From NCBI GenBank assembly GCA_048939995.1, contig JBHLOY010000001.1, positions 462,449-526,448 on the forward strand: a stretch of 64,000 bases of DNA. The letters run 5' to 3'. Made by a program: the position numbers and the translations under genes. How positions within the stretch are numbered: the stretch's first letter is position 1; every line of letters begins with the position of its first letter. This DNA comes from Promethearchaeota archaeon. GTDB taxonomy: Archaea > Asgardarchaeota > Lokiarchaeia > Sigyniarchaeales > SOKP01. The notes under the pieces are model-generated. The model did not search any database and had not been told where the DNA came from. It worked only from the letters and a program-made list of their open reading frames with translations. Positions 1-10,372 of this stretch are shown here, piece after piece.

Positions 1-1
1 T

Positions 2-163
2 CTTATTAATAAGAAAAAAGAATCTAAGAATTTGAAGAGATTTATAGAATTGATTGCTGATGAGTTTATGGAGCGGTTTGATAGTGATTTAAAAGATTTT
101 AATGGAGATGTTACTTCTTTCAGCGAATTTGAAAAAGTTGTTGATAGTTATTTATTAATCTAG
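2..163 (+). CDS. 3' end of a truncated gene, longin-like C-terminal segment
   Basis: Frame 2 reads LINKKKESKNLKRFIELIADEFMERFDSDLKDFNGDVTSFSEFEKVVDSYLLI*; the F..F...L..F.GDV..F..F pattern resembles Asgard longin-like domains. Confidence 0.55.
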   Translation, partial: LINKKKESKNLKRFIELIADEFMERFDSDLKDFNGDVTSFSEFEKVVDSYLLI

Positions 164-292
164 ATGCCTAATTATGGTTTGATTCTCCTAAGTCATTCTA
201 AAAAGGTAAAAGCCAAACTGAACGTGATCTCTATAGCTTTATTCTGTTCTTAGCAAAAATATATAAGCTTTTGAGATATAAAATATATAGTA

Positions 293-649
293 ATGACGAT
301 TTTAATAGATTTAGACTTAATTTTAAGGAACTTAATCAGTGAATTAGGATCGTCAGTTTACTTTATTTTAATATCTTCTGAAAACGGAGCTGTAATTAAA
401 TCATATATAAATGAAGAAGAGTTTAATAAAGCGTCAATTTCTCTGAATATATCACAGCTTTATGAGTTGGCTGAAGATACTGCTGAATCTATTGGGTTAC
501 ATGGCCCAGATTTTAATATTATTCATTCAGATAATTATTATATTTTATCAATCAAAATAATTGAAAAATTAATTATACTCTTAACGGCTGATCAAATAAG
601 AGTTAAAGAAGTTTTCAAAATAATTAATAACTCAATAAATACTGCTTAA
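293..649 (+). CDS. Roadblock/longin-like small protein
   Basis: 118 aa with ILISSENGAVI strand-turn followed by helix and beta-meander pattern. Confidence 0.5.
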   Translation: MTILIDLDLILRNLISELGSSVYFILISSENGAVIKSYINEEEFNKASISLNISQLYELAEDTAESIGLHGPDFNIIHSDNYYILSIKIIEKLIILLTADQIRVKEVFKIINNSINTA

Positions 650-765
650 TGCAAATAGTGAAATTACTTTCTAACCTCTCTATTTGAAAAATTCTAAAAA
701 TTGTTAATTATTTTTCTGTTGTTGGTCTTATTAAACCTTACTTGGAAAAGAAAATAAATATCTCC

Positions 766-1734
766 TTATGGAGGGTACCTTAATTCATAGATACTTTTTC
801 CTCCATTTAAAGGTCCTTTTATATAAGGCTCAACCTCTATTGGATCTCTTTGTGTTATCCCTTCAATGGGAGGCAATTTTCCAGGAGGGAAGGTCTTTAA
901 GATATCATTAACCAAATTTTCTAAATAATCTAGAAACGCTTCCATTCCCGGTTTCCCCTTTTCGAAATTTGCTTTACTGGGACAGCCTACATGACCTTCT
1001 GGATATGCTGCAACCTCAATTGGTCCGAATCCAATTTGGCCATACCATCGAATTGGTTTTTGGTAAATATTTCCAGCCTTGTCCACGTGTCCTTCAGGCA
1101 TCCATCCAATGACTTTATTATCCTCACAGTTATCTATTTTCTTAACCATCTCTGGGAATAAAGTCATTGAAAAAGAAGTCTCCGCCTCATCCGCATGAAT
1201 GAAAGGAGTTTCAAAAGGACCTCCATGTTCTTTATCCTTGCAATACTCAGGAATAGCGTGATACCAATTTACATTACAAATAAGAGCTGGTAATTGATAA
1301 TTTTTTGCCCATTCATGAATAGCACTCGGAATGACATACTCTTGACCATGCCCATTTAATAAGATCATTTTCCTTAATCCCATATTCCAGCAACCGGCAA
1401 TAACTGCCCTCAAGAGCCCTTTAAATATTTCTTCTGGTACAATAATCGTACCTGGCATACCCATATGATGATAGGGATGAGATCCATACCAAATAGGTTG
1501 AGAGACAGTGCATCCAGTTTTTTGAGCAACTAATTCAGCCATTCTGGTTACCAAGAATGTATCCTCCCCAATACATGCCGCAGGTCCATGATTCTCAGTA
1601 GATCCCACAGGGATAATAATCACATCATTGTTTTTAATACGTTCTCTAATTTCAGCTATATTCATATTTTGGAGGTAGATTCCATCAGCAAGATCTAAAT
1701 GACCCCCTTTAGGGGGCAAATTCCATTTTCCCAT
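766..1734 (-). CDS. iolN: Creatininase-family hydrolase, probable 3-dehydro-scyllo-inosose hydrolase
   Basis: PVGSTENHG, GEDT, NGHGQ and HADEAETS motifs; clustered with iolO- and iolM-like genes. Confidence 0.8.
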   Translation of the reverse strand: MGKWNLPPKGGHLDLADGIYLQNMNIAEIRERIKNNDVIIIPVGSTENHGPAACIGEDTFLVTRMAELVAQKTGCTVSQPIWYGSHPYHHMGMPGTIIVPEEIFKGLLRAVIAGCWNMGLRKMILLNGHGQEYVIPSAIHEWAKNYQLPALICNVNWYHAIPEYCKDKEHGGPFETPFIHADEAETSFSMTLFPEMVKKIDNCEDNKVIGWMPEGHVDKAGNIYQKPIRWYGQIGFGPIEVAAYPEGHVGCPSKANFEKGKPGMEAFLDYLENLVNDILKTFPPGKLPPIEGITQRDPIEVEPYIKGPLNGGKSIYELRYPP

Positions 1735-1828
1735 AATTATTTCACTTAAGAAGTTAATTTTATTTTAAAACTTTTAATTTTAGCTTTCTGTTAAACTTTT
1801 TAATGAAGGCAAATAATAAAATAATTGT

Positions 1829-2641
1829 ATGTTACTCAGTATAGTTACTGGGTTGAATGAATCCAAGAGCCCTATTGAGGTTGTACTTAGGAAATTTAAT
1901 GATTTATGCAGATTTTTAAAACCACTCCATTATAAAGGGGTTGAGTTAAGTCTTTTAGAGCCCGAAAAAATTGAGGTTAAAAAGATATTAGAAATTATTG
2001 ACTCTTATCAAATGAAAATTCCAGCTTTAGGCACAGGAGCCACTTTTTTAAGATTTGGGTATTCCTTGGGAAGTGATAATGAGCCAATCAGAAAAAAAGC
2101 TATTGAGAGAATAAAGAAATATGTAGAGTTTGCTCGAGAAATAGAATCGAAAGTTATTATTGGGTTAATTAGAGGGCGCTATAGATTTGATAGCAATCCT
2201 AAAAAAGAACGATTAAATATAATTCACTCTTTGAAAGAGTGTTGTTGGATTGCCCATAATAATAATGTAGAACTTGTTTTTGAGCCAATAAACCAATTTG
2301 AGGTTGATTCATTCAATACAATCGCTCAATCTTTAGAATTGTTAAAGGAAATAGGTTCAGATAACTTAAAATTACTAATTGACACTTTTCATATTTATTT
2401 AGAGGAGGACTCTGGTTTTATATGGGAGGATCTAAAGGAAGTAGCACCTCTTGTTGGGCACCTTCATCTAGCAGATACAAATAGAAGAGCTCCCGGTAGT
2501 GGACATTTTGATTTTAAAACTTTTTTGGAAATTTTCAAGAGAAGTAAATATGATGGTTTTGCTTCAATTGAAACAATTATGAAACCGTCTTTTGAAGAGG
2601 TTGCTAGAAATTCATCAGAATATTTAAAGTTAGTTCTATAG
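1829..2641 (+). CDS. iolO: Sugar phosphate isomerase/epimerase TIM barrel, probable 5-keto-L-gluconate epimerase
   Basis: VIIGLIRG, EPINQFE, DTFH and HLADTNRRAPGSGH motifs. Confidence 0.7.
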   Translation: MLLSIVTGLNESKSPIEVVLRKFNDLCRFLKPLHYKGVELSLLEPEKIEVKKILEIIDSYQMKIPALGTGATFLRFGYSLGSDNEPIRKKAIERIKKYVEFAREIESKVIIGLIRGRYRFDSNPKKERLNIIHSLKECCWIAHNNNVELVFEPINQFEVDSFNTIAQSLELLKEIGSDNLKLLIDTFHIYLEEDSGFIWEDLKEVAPLVGHLHLADTNRRAPGSGHFDFKTFLEIFKRSKYDGFASIETIMKPSFEEVARNSSEYLKLVL

Positions 2642-2714
2642 GGGGTTCAGAGTTTATTAAGTAGAAGGACTCTTAATAATTTCTAAATATTTATTCAAAA
2701 ATAATGGTGTTATC

Positions 2715-2981
2715 ATGACTAAAATTAAAGTAGAGGTTGGTAAAGTTAAAGGAACATGTCTTCATTCAATGAAAGAAGGTGATTTTTTTTATGTGGAGGA
2801 CTATAAAATTATAATCCCTGAGGGAAAACATGTATGCATATGGGCTTTAAATAGTCTATTACCCTTATTTCCTTTATTAATTGAAAAAGAGAAATTAGTC
2901 CAAGATCATTGGATTAATGATGCTCAATCAATGAATTATCCAGATGGAAAAGTTACCTATTTCTTTAAATATCTGGATTGA
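2715..2981 (+). CDS. TIGR04076-like small protein
   Basis: KVKGTC...K.GD.F...C.WAL..LLP...PDG pattern. Confidence 0.55.
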   Translation: MTKIKVEVGKVKGTCLHSMKEGDFFYVEDYKIIIPEGKHVCIWALNSLLPLFPLLIEKEKLVQDHWINDAQSMNYPDGKVTYFFKYLD

Positions 2982-3018
2982 ATGATTCAAAAAATAAAAA
3001 AATTAAGGTGATTTAAAA

Positions 3019-4008
3019 ATTCAATGGAGGATTAAACGTATTTTTAACTTTTCAGATGAGAAGACTTGGAAGGATGGATATGCGCAATTTGGATTCCACG
3101 ATTATAAAGGGAATTTCTATATAATGCGAAATGAAGCGAGTTGGTTTGGTCAATTAACTAAGGATGATAATTTTCTTTGGACTGCAGGATCCACTAATCC
3201 CAAGCTCAGCAGTAAACATATTTTTTTCGATTTAAAAAATCCGATGTATATTTCAAGACATCATGTTGATAATTCATTGATTATCTCAAGTGGAGGAAAC
3301 AGAAGGATTTTTAAAATATTTCCTCAAGAGGAGAATGTTATAACATTTATAGATGCTGAGAAGTATGGATTGAAGGACATTGGTAATTGTGTCGTAGATA
3401 AGCAAGGAAATATTTGGATTAATGAAATTACTGGTTATCAATTATGGCAATTTGATTCCAACGGGAATAAATTGCAGGTATTAGGTAATGGGAAACCAGG
3501 ATTTCAAAAAGAACCTGCTAGTTTTGATAGTGTTCAATTTAATTGGATATATGATATTAGAATGGGATTTGATAATAACTTATATGTGCTTGATAGTGGT
3601 AATTTTGCCCTTAGAAAAGTTGATATAGAAAATTGTACAGTTAATCTGATAGCTGGAACAGGTAAGCCAGGTTATTCTGGTGATGGTGGATTTGCTACAG
3701 AAGCTACTTTTGGCTCTGATGTAAAACAACAATTTGATGGTCCCTGGGCATTATCAGTTGATGATGAAGGAAATATTTTCATAGGTGATACTCAGAATCA
3801 TGTTGTTCGGATAATAAACAAAAATGGAATTATCTCGACAATTTTAGGAAGTCCAAACTATATCCCATCAAAAAGAAATCTTATTAATGAAACTAATCCC
3901 TATAGAATAAATTTACCTAAAATCTGCAGTATGGATTACTATAATAATGAGTTATTTATACCAGAATGGGATGGTGATCTTATTATCTTAGAGAAAATTA
4001 AATCTTAA
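3019..4008 (+). CDS. NHL-repeat beta-propeller protein, probable ATT start upstream of the ORF-track ATG at 3124
   Basis: Repeats VDKQGNIWI, FDNNLYVLD, VDDEGNIFIGD and AGTGKPGYSGDGG; frame stays open to TAA at 3004 and adds one more repeat (HDYKGNFYI); SD AGGTGA at 3006-3011. Confidence 0.7.
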   Translation: MQWRIKRIFNFSDEKTWKDGYAQFGFHDYKGNFYIMRNEASWFGQLTKDDNFLWTAGSTNPKLSSKHIFFDLKNPMYISRHHVDNSLIISSGGNRRIFKIFPQEENVITFIDAEKYGLKDIGNCVVDKQGNIWINEITGYQLWQFDSNGNKLQVLGNGKPGFQKEPASFDSVQFNWIYDIRMGFDNNLYVLDSGNFALRKVDIENCTVNLIAGTGKPGYSGDGGFATEATFGSDVKQQFDGPWALSVDDEGNIFIGDTQNHVVRIINKNGIISTILGSPNYIPSKRNLINETNPYRINLPKICSMDYYNNELFIPEWDGDLIILEKIKS

Positions 4009-4066
4009 TCCAATTATAATTAAGAATAAACAAAAAAATAAAAATAGAAATTTTAAAACACAAAAG

Positions 4067-4621
4067 TCATTTAACTTCTATTTTTTTTTTTTCCTTCTTC
4101 TCTGGTTCTTTCTTTGGAATTAATACTGTTAATATACCTTTGTCTAAGTTTGCTTCAATATTTTCTTCATCGATGTTTTCTGGCAAATGAAAAGCCCTAT
4201 AATAACTTGCTGAACTATATTCTCTACGAACATATCCTTCTCTTTCTTCCTTTTCTTCTTTTTTTTGCTCGCCTTTAATCTCTAAAAGACCATCATCAAA
4301 TGTTATTTGTATTTCTCCCTTGTCTAAACCGGGTAATTCCGCAGAGATCGAGAATCCATCTTCTGTTTCAGTGATATTAGAAAGTAGTGTTCTAAAAATT
4401 GGTGCTTCTTCCCATCTCATTGGAACAATTATTCTTCTTCTTCCAAAAGGCCAGAACCAATCATCAGCATCTCTCCACAAACTATCAAACATTTTATCCA
4501 TTTTTTGGAATAATGAGAATGGGCTTTCTTTTCTTATTGCAAGTTCACGGCTTTTTTTATCAGAAGCTTGTTTTTCTTCCTTTTTTACTTTTTTAACTTC
4601 TATTTTTTTATCATTTTCCAT
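4067..4621 (-). CDS. Hsp20/alpha-crystallin small heat shock protein
   Basis: AELPGL, YYRAFHLPENIDEENIEANLDKGILTVLIPK and C-terminal IEV motif. Confidence 0.95.
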   Translation of the reverse strand: MENDKKIEVKKVKKEEKQASDKKSRELAIRKESPFSLFQKMDKMFDSLWRDADDWFWPFGRRRIIVPMRWEEAPIFRTLLSNITETEDGFSISAELPGLDKGEIQITFDDGLLEIKGEQKKEEKEEREGYVRREYSSASYYRAFHLPENIDEENIEANLDKGILTVLIPKKEPEKKEKKKIEVK

Positions 4622-4837
4622 TTATTTCACCTCATAATTGTGTTAATTTTAATTTTAGAGATTTTGGTAATGATAATATTGTAAACCTTTAATTGACAAA
4701 AATCACCACACATATTTAATGTGTGTCGAATATCTCTTTAAAATGACACTGAAAAGGAAAATGTTAAATACTATTTCAGATTCTTTTTTATCTAATCAAA
4801 GTTATAAACTTTGTTAATTTTGAATCTAAATTAAAAC

Positions 4838-6016
4838 CTAATTAATTCTTACAGAAATTTTACAATTTTCTCTATCTGTTTGTAAAAGTTTTAAGTTATC
4901 TGGTACCATTTCTATTGATATTTCTTTAGTAATCATTGGAGTTAAATCCATTCCAGCCGCCATAGATGAAATAACATTAGGAAAATTACCATGTCCAGAA
5001 TGACCTTGAGCTCCAACTATTCTAGCGCGTTTAACTTGAAAGAATTCTCCACATACTGGCATTTTCTGTTCTGCTCGTGCTACAATTACTACTGTGCTAT
5101 TAACTGCTTTGCATTCCCATATTGAATTTTGAATTTCATCTGTAACTATATGAGGTAATCCTGTTGCTTCAAGATACAATGCCGCACCTTCGTTATCAGT
5201 ATACTCTTTCACTTTTTCTACGAAATTCTCTTCTTGAGGATTAATAATGTAATCTGCACCTAATTTTTTTGCTAAATTGGCTCTAGATTTATTAGGTTCA
5301 GATAAAATGCAGATTGCTGCTCCGGCTGTTTTCAAAATTTTGGTGGCTGCAATTCCAATTGGACCCCCTCCTAATATAATAGCGTTTTCACCAGGTCTTA
5401 TACCTCCACCCCTTTCAATTAAAGCATTATAAGCAACTGATGTAGGTTCTACTAAACTTCCTGGTTTATATACATCACTATATTTTCTTTCTAACTTTTT
5501 CAGACTCCAACAAAGTTTTGATGGAACAGCTATGTATTCTGCGAAGGCACCATCAATTGAAAATCCAATTTCCTGTAAACGTTCACAATGATTGGGATAT
5601 CCATCACAACAAGGTTTACACTCTCCACACCAAACCATCTCTTCCACGGTAACTGGTTCTCCTTTCTTAAACAATTTTCCAGTTCTCTTATTAATGGCAT
5701 GTTCTCCAAGATCTACTATTTCCCCAGCAAATTCATGACCAAGCGTAACTGGAAATGATGTTAAGCCAGGATAATAAATATAGCCGTCTTGATACGACTG
5801 AGCCATGTGAACATCAGATCCACAGATCCCGCATCTTTTTACTTTAATTAGTACTTCATTCGGTTTGATTTTGGGAATATCTTTCTCAATTATTCTTATC
5901 GATGGATATCTCCAAACTTGAGAGCCCAAATAAGTTAACTTCCCATCAATATCTTTTACCCCTAACTTAAAATTGGGTTTAGGGTTCCATTGTGCTGACA
6001 ATTCAACTGCTTTCAT
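4838..6016 (-). CDS. iolM: Zn-dependent dehydrogenase, probable scyllo-inosose 3-dehydrogenase
   Basis: CGICGSDVH, GHEF, CGECKPC..C, GGGPIG and GAQGHSGHG motifs; N-terminal extension typical of IolM. Confidence 0.8.
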   Translation of the reverse strand: MKAVELSAQWNPKPNFKLGVKDIDGKLTYLGSQVWRYPSIRIIEKDIPKIKPNEVLIKVKRCGICGSDVHMAQSYQDGYIYYPGLTSFPVTLGHEFAGEIVDLGEHAINKRTGKLFKKGEPVTVEEMVWCGECKPCCDGYPNHCERLQEIGFSIDGAFAEYIAVPSKLCWSLKKLERKYSDVYKPGSLVEPTSVAYNALIERGGGIRPGENAIILGGGPIGIAATKILKTAGAAICILSEPNKSRANLAKKLGADYIINPQEENFVEKVKEYTDNEGAALYLEATGLPHIVTDEIQNSIWECKAVNSTVVIVARAEQKMPVCGEFFQVKRARIVGAQGHSGHGNFPNVISSMAAGMDLTPMITKEISIEMVPDNLKLLQTDRENCKISVRIN

Positions 6017-6108
6017 TTAATACATTACTCTTAATAGATCAATTAATTGAATTAATTTTGACTTAAAATAAAGTTTTACCAAGATAAAAAAAGAAAAAAT
6101 AAGATTTA

Positions 6109-7329
6109 TTATGTATTTTCTGGTCTGTCTTTTAGGAAAAAGGTTATTATAAATGCCACTAAAAGAAGGATTGCCTGAATGAGTAAGGCAGGCCAATAAT
6201 CTCCAGCAATCTTTACTTCTTCTAAGCTAAGGATAAAAAGGATTCCTCCTACTTGTCCAATCATCATCAGCATTCCATTAGAACTTGCTTCTGGAACCGG
6301 TTTGGTTACATCTACGGCATATTCCAATCCCACTGGTCCAGCAGATAATATTCCAAACCCTAAAAGAAACCCGAAAACAAGTAATAAGATATCACTCACT
6401 GTAAACGTAATAACGAACATAGAAATTGTGGCTATTATAAGGGAGATTAATAACAATATTTTTCGTTTTCTATATTTATCAGACAAAGTAGACATTATTA
6501 AGCATCCAATGATCCCTCCCAAGAGCATCAATCCACCAAGAATTCCCGCAAAAGTAGGATCATATCCACGAGGATCCACGATTCCTTCTACATATGTAGT
6601 TATTGTATTAAATATCCCTAAACCCAAGAAAAATAGAATGAAAAGGATGATGAAGTATCTATTCTTGAATAATTTCTTCAAGCCTTGCCCCATAAATGCT
6701 TTCTCTTCAACCGTTTCATTTGAAGGAGGGGTTGGGGGCTTATCTTTAACTATGATTATGAATATTATGCCAATAACTAGAGAACTAATTCCATAGATGA
6801 GTAACATTGGAAGAATATCAGGATTAAGCTCTGTTCCAAGTATTAAAAATGGAGTTATAAATAAGCCTATAGCAATACCAAGAAATTGTGATATCAATGC
6901 CAATCCAGTGGATGTAGTTCTTTCATTTTCAGGGAACCAATTTGCTGATAGTTTGGTGACGGCGTTTAGTACAAATGGCTGGCCTATTCCAATTCCAATT
7001 TGAAATAGTAAAACAAGAAGATAATCGTTAAATGCAAAGAATCTTAGAAGTCCAAATACACCCGCAATCAATGCTCCTATTCCCGCCCCAACTCTAAAAC
7101 CAAACTTATCGATTATCCACGTTGATAGAAACGTCACAGGGATATATACGACCATGAAGCTTAAGGCTAATAAATCAATTAAGAGTTTGTCGACACTATA
7201 AAACGTTTGGGCGAGACTGTTTATCGAGGCAAAACTTATCCATAAAATTTGTAAGCATATGTTTGTAACCATAAAAAGTAGCAAAACAACCCATCGAAAA
7301 CCATATACTTTTATATTTTCTTTACTCAT
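6109..7329 (-). CDS. MFS transporter (FLVCR-like)
   Basis: About 12 TM helices, KVYGFRW, WFPENER, PPTPPS and P.PEASSNG motifs; likely start at MSKEN. Confidence 0.85.
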   Translation of the reverse strand: MSKENIKVYGFRWVVLLLFMVTNICLQILWISFASINSLAQTFYSVDKLLIDLLALSFMVVYIPVTFLSTWIIDKFGFRVGAGIGALIAGVFGLLRFFAFNDYLLVLLFQIGIGIGQPFVLNAVTKLSANWFPENERTTSTGLALISQFLGIAIGLFITPFLILGTELNPDILPMLLIYGISSLVIGIIFIIIVKDKPPTPPSNETVEEKAFMGQGLKKLFKNRYFIILFILFFLGLGIFNTITTYVEGIVDPRGYDPTFAGILGGLMLLGGIIGCLIMSTLSDKYRKRKILLLISLIIATISMFVITFTVSDILLLVFGFLLGFGILSAGPVGLEYAVDVTKPVPEASSNGMLMMIGQVGGILFILSLEEVKIAGDYWPALLIQAILLLVAFIITFFLKDRPENT

Positions 7330-7441
7330 AATATCAACAATTTTTTTAAGATATAATAATTGATAAATTATCAATTCAAGTTAAACTTAATAAAATTTAA
7401 ATCTTCAATTAAAATTTTAATTAAACGTTATAATGTATTAG

Positions 7442-8500
7442 GTGATTGATTTGGAGAAAATGATGGCTGCCGTCTTCCATAAAAATATTAATAGAGGAGG
7501 ATCTGTGAATTTAGAATATGTAGAAATACCAAAAATTTCCAAAAAGGACCAAGTATTGATTAAAGTAGAAGCGAGTGGAATTTGTGGTACAGATCTAAGG
7601 ATCATTGAGGGAGGGCATCCTGCTAATGATAATACTATATTAGGACATGAATTCACTGGAATAATAAAAGAATTAGGAGATAATATTACAGATTTGAAGG
7701 TGGGAGATAAAGTAGTTGTAGATCCTAATGAGAAGTGTGGTTATTGTATCAATTGTAGAAGGGGCTATTCAAACTTATGTGAGTATATGGCTTTAGGTAC
7801 GACCTTTGGAATATTTCAGAATGGAGGATTTGCTGAATATTGTGTTATTCCTAGGAGTGCAGTGTTTAAGCTTCCTAATGATATTGATTTAACCGCTGCT
7901 GCCTTGATAGAGCCTTTATCATGCGCAATACATTGTCATAATATCGCTGATATTAGAGAATCTGATAACATCGTAATAATTGGAGCTGGACCGATGGGTC
8001 TGATTATAGAATCAGTTGTTAGGAAACATCCCATTAAAAAATTGATTATCGTTGAAATAGATGATTGGCGAAGACAAAAGGCGTTAGACATAGGTGCAAA
8101 TAATGTGATAAACCCTCTTTCTCAAAATGTTAAAAATGAAGTCATGAACCTTACTGATCAGCATGGGGCAGATATTATTATAGATGCTGTTGGCCTTTCG
8201 GAAACATTTGAGATGGCATTGAATATCTGGGCTCCGGGGGCTAGATTAATATGTTTCGGACAAGATTATCGTGCTGAAGCAAAAATTAAACCTAATGATA
8301 TTGTTAGATATCAAAGAAAGATCCTGGGTTCCTACATAGGATATGCTGAAGATTTTTTAGATGCTATCGAAGTAATAGCTAATAATGTTATTGAAGTCGA
8401 CAAATTAATAACCACTGTAATACCCTTAGAAGAATTGGTGACTATTGGTTTTGATCTTATGAAAAAAAAAAACTGTGTTAAAGTGATTATTAAACCTTGA
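7442..8500 (+). CDS. Zn-dependent alcohol/polyol dehydrogenase
   Basis: GICGTD, GHEF, CGYCINC..C and GAGPMG motifs. Confidence 0.9.
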   Translation: MIDLEKMMAAVFHKNINRGGSVNLEYVEIPKISKKDQVLIKVEASGICGTDLRIIEGGHPANDNTILGHEFTGIIKELGDNITDLKVGDKVVVDPNEKCGYCINCRRGYSNLCEYMALGTTFGIFQNGGFAEYCVIPRSAVFKLPNDIDLTAAALIEPLSCAIHCHNIADIRESDNIVIIGAGPMGLIIESVVRKHPIKKLIIVEIDDWRRQKALDIGANNVINPLSQNVKNEVMNLTDQHGADIIIDAVGLSETFEMALNIWAPGARLICFGQDYRAEAKIKPNDIVRYQRKILGSYIGYAEDFLDAIEVIANNVIEVDKLITTVIPLEELVTIGFDLMKKKNCVKVIIKP

Positions 8501-8588
8501 CAAATTAGTGATTTTAAACTTTTTAATTACCCAAGCATTATTAATTTTTAAAAGAAGATATTTTTTAAAATCCTTAACTTGAAATAAG

Positions 8589-9140
8589 ATGTCTTATGAT
8601 ATTTCTGCTTTGAAAGTTTTAATCAAGAAAATTTTTCCACCTAAAGAGTCGGTATATATAGTTGATTCTAATGGAGATGGGACCATAGATTCTATAGTTA
8701 TTAAAGCGCTAAATGTTTTTATGCCGATTGAAATCCCAGAAAAAATTGAGATTGGAGGATTTAATTCTGAAAATTTTAATGTGAAAAATTTTGATTTATC
8801 TGAATATGGAAAACTGTATCTTGATGACAATCCAATAGATATCTCAAAAGTCGAATTTGAAGTTGAGAAACTAAAAGAAAGATTTTTCATATATCACAAA
8901 GGCGAAGAATTTAGAATAGATGACCTAATAAAGGGAAAATTAGCAGGAAGATTGATTGCATTAGGTGATACTATAGAAATTCTTATAAAAGTAGATAGAG
9001 AGACTATCACTAAATTTTCTGAGGGGAAGCACAAACTCGCACTAGAATCGGAATTAGTGCCGAAATTAGAATTTCACTTCGAATTAAATCATAAGAATAT
9101 GAATAAAAAATTAGATGAAGTTATCTCATATTTTAAATAA
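8589..9140 (+). CDS. Hypothetical protein
   Basis: 183 aa ORF with no recognised family. Confidence 0.6.
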   Translation: MSYDISALKVLIKKIFPPKESVYIVDSNGDGTIDSIVIKALNVFMPIEIPEKIEIGGFNSENFNVKNFDLSEYGKLYLDDNPIDISKVEFEVEKLKERFFIYHKGEEFRIDDLIKGKLAGRLIALGDTIEILIKVDRETITKFSEGKHKLALESELVPKLEFHFELNHKNMNKKLDEVISYFK

Positions 9141-9212
9141 TACTTTTTGATTCCATATTCTATTCTTCATTCTATTTTAAAGGAGTTTTTATTTTCAAAT
9201 CTAAAATAATTA

Positions 9213-9737
9213 TTGGGGAGATATATATTGGAAATAATTGAAGAAAAAGTAAATTCTCAAAATAATGAAATGACAATATCAATTAGATGTCCAGTTTGTA
9301 AACTAAAAAAAGACTTAAGATTTCCTAAATCTGTTATAAATCAAGCAAAGCAGCTTACTACAATATCTATTCCAAAAGATTTAATATGTGAACATCACTT
9401 CCAAGCTTTTGTAGATAAAAATTTTGTTGTACGTGGATATCAGAAAGTAGATTTTGAATATGAAGTTAAATTTAAAAACTCCTTACCGAATAGTAATGGC
9501 AGAGAATTTTCTGAATATATAGTTATCGAAGAAAATTACCTTGCTTCTAAGCCAAAAGATAATCAAATTATCATTGAAAGAAAAATTAGAAACAATTTCG
9601 AAAATCAATCGAAATTGAAGATGAATCGAGAAGATATTTACAATGAATTTTGGGATTTTATTGACGAAAAAAATAAAGATTTTCAAGATTTCATTAAAAG
9701 CGATAAGAGGCGAAGTAATTTAGAAAAATTCTATTAA
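9213..9737 (+). CDS. Zn-ribbon protein of a type common in Lokiarchaeia
   Basis: CPVC...ICEHHFQAFVDKNFVVRGYQ motif. Confidence 0.7.
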   Translation: MGRYILEIIEEKVNSQNNEMTISIRCPVCKLKKDLRFPKSVINQAKQLTTISIPKDLICEHHFQAFVDKNFVVRGYQKVDFEYEVKFKNSLPNSNGREFSEYIVIEENYLASKPKDNQIIIERKIRNNFENQSKLKMNREDIYNEFWDFIDEKNKDFQDFIKSDKRRSNLEKFY

Positions 9738-9748
9738 TTTTTTTTTAT

Positions 9749-9967
9749 TTATTTATTCCATTTTCTTAATTTATATCGTTGATACCCTCTGTTGATTTTA
9801 AAAGGTTTCTCTGAGTGATTAAAGAAACAATTTGGACAATGTATTGAAAATAGATGATTATTCCAAAAATTAAGTGCCCGTTTCTGAGACAAAGAAGGAT
9901 TATCTCGACAGAATTCTTTAAAACTCATTGTTTTATTACAATCAATACATTTTCTTACTTTTTTCAT
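9749..9967 (-). CDS. Small CxxC-CxxC Zn-finger protein
   Basis: CIDC and CPNC motifs, ATG start. Confidence 0.6.
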   Translation of the reverse strand: MKKVRKCIDCNKTMSFKEFCRDNPSLSQKRALNFWNNHLFSIHCPNCFFNHSEKPFKINRGYQRYKLRKWNK

Positions 9968-10108
9968 GATAAATAAGAAATCTATTTTAAATAGATTATA
10001 TTCCCTAGATTTTTATATGAAAGGGAGGTAGATTTTTTTAATTTTTTGAGTATAATATTAGTAGTATACTACTCCACGGTCGAGAATGAGTAGATTTCAG
10101 TCTATAAA

Positions 10109-10246
10109 TGCCAAGGGAGGGAGTCCCAAAAAAGCACGAAAAGGGCTTATTTTTTGAACCCTCGATACCCAGATCTTCAGTCTGGTGCGTTCATACCCAA
10201 AATAGGAGGTTAAAGCTCCTACAATTCCGGGCTACGCCACCTTGGC
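10109..10246 (-). tRNA. tRNA-Phe(GAA) with two non-canonical introns (D-loop ~10193-10226, T-loop 10123-10152)
   Basis: Acceptor GCCAAGG/CCTTGGC-A, D-stem GCGT/ACGC, anticodon arm CCAGA-CTGAAGA-TCTGG, T-stem GAGGG/CCCTC; removing 34 and 30 nt gives a 74-nt cloverleaf. Confidence 0.92.
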
Positions 10247-10372
10247 GAATCTAATATTTTTTCGAATTTCAGTATTTCAAAATTCGTAATTTAAAAAGTA
10301 TAAAATCTCATATAAAGTTTTTTAGAACGAATCTTGTGGATATATCCATTTTTAACTGAATTAATAGTGCAT

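Noticed and set aside
10060-10093. 14-bp palindrome AGTAGTATACTACT and a hairpin downstream of tRNA-Phe as an att site
   Set aside because: No integrase and no duplicated tRNA 3' end in the window.
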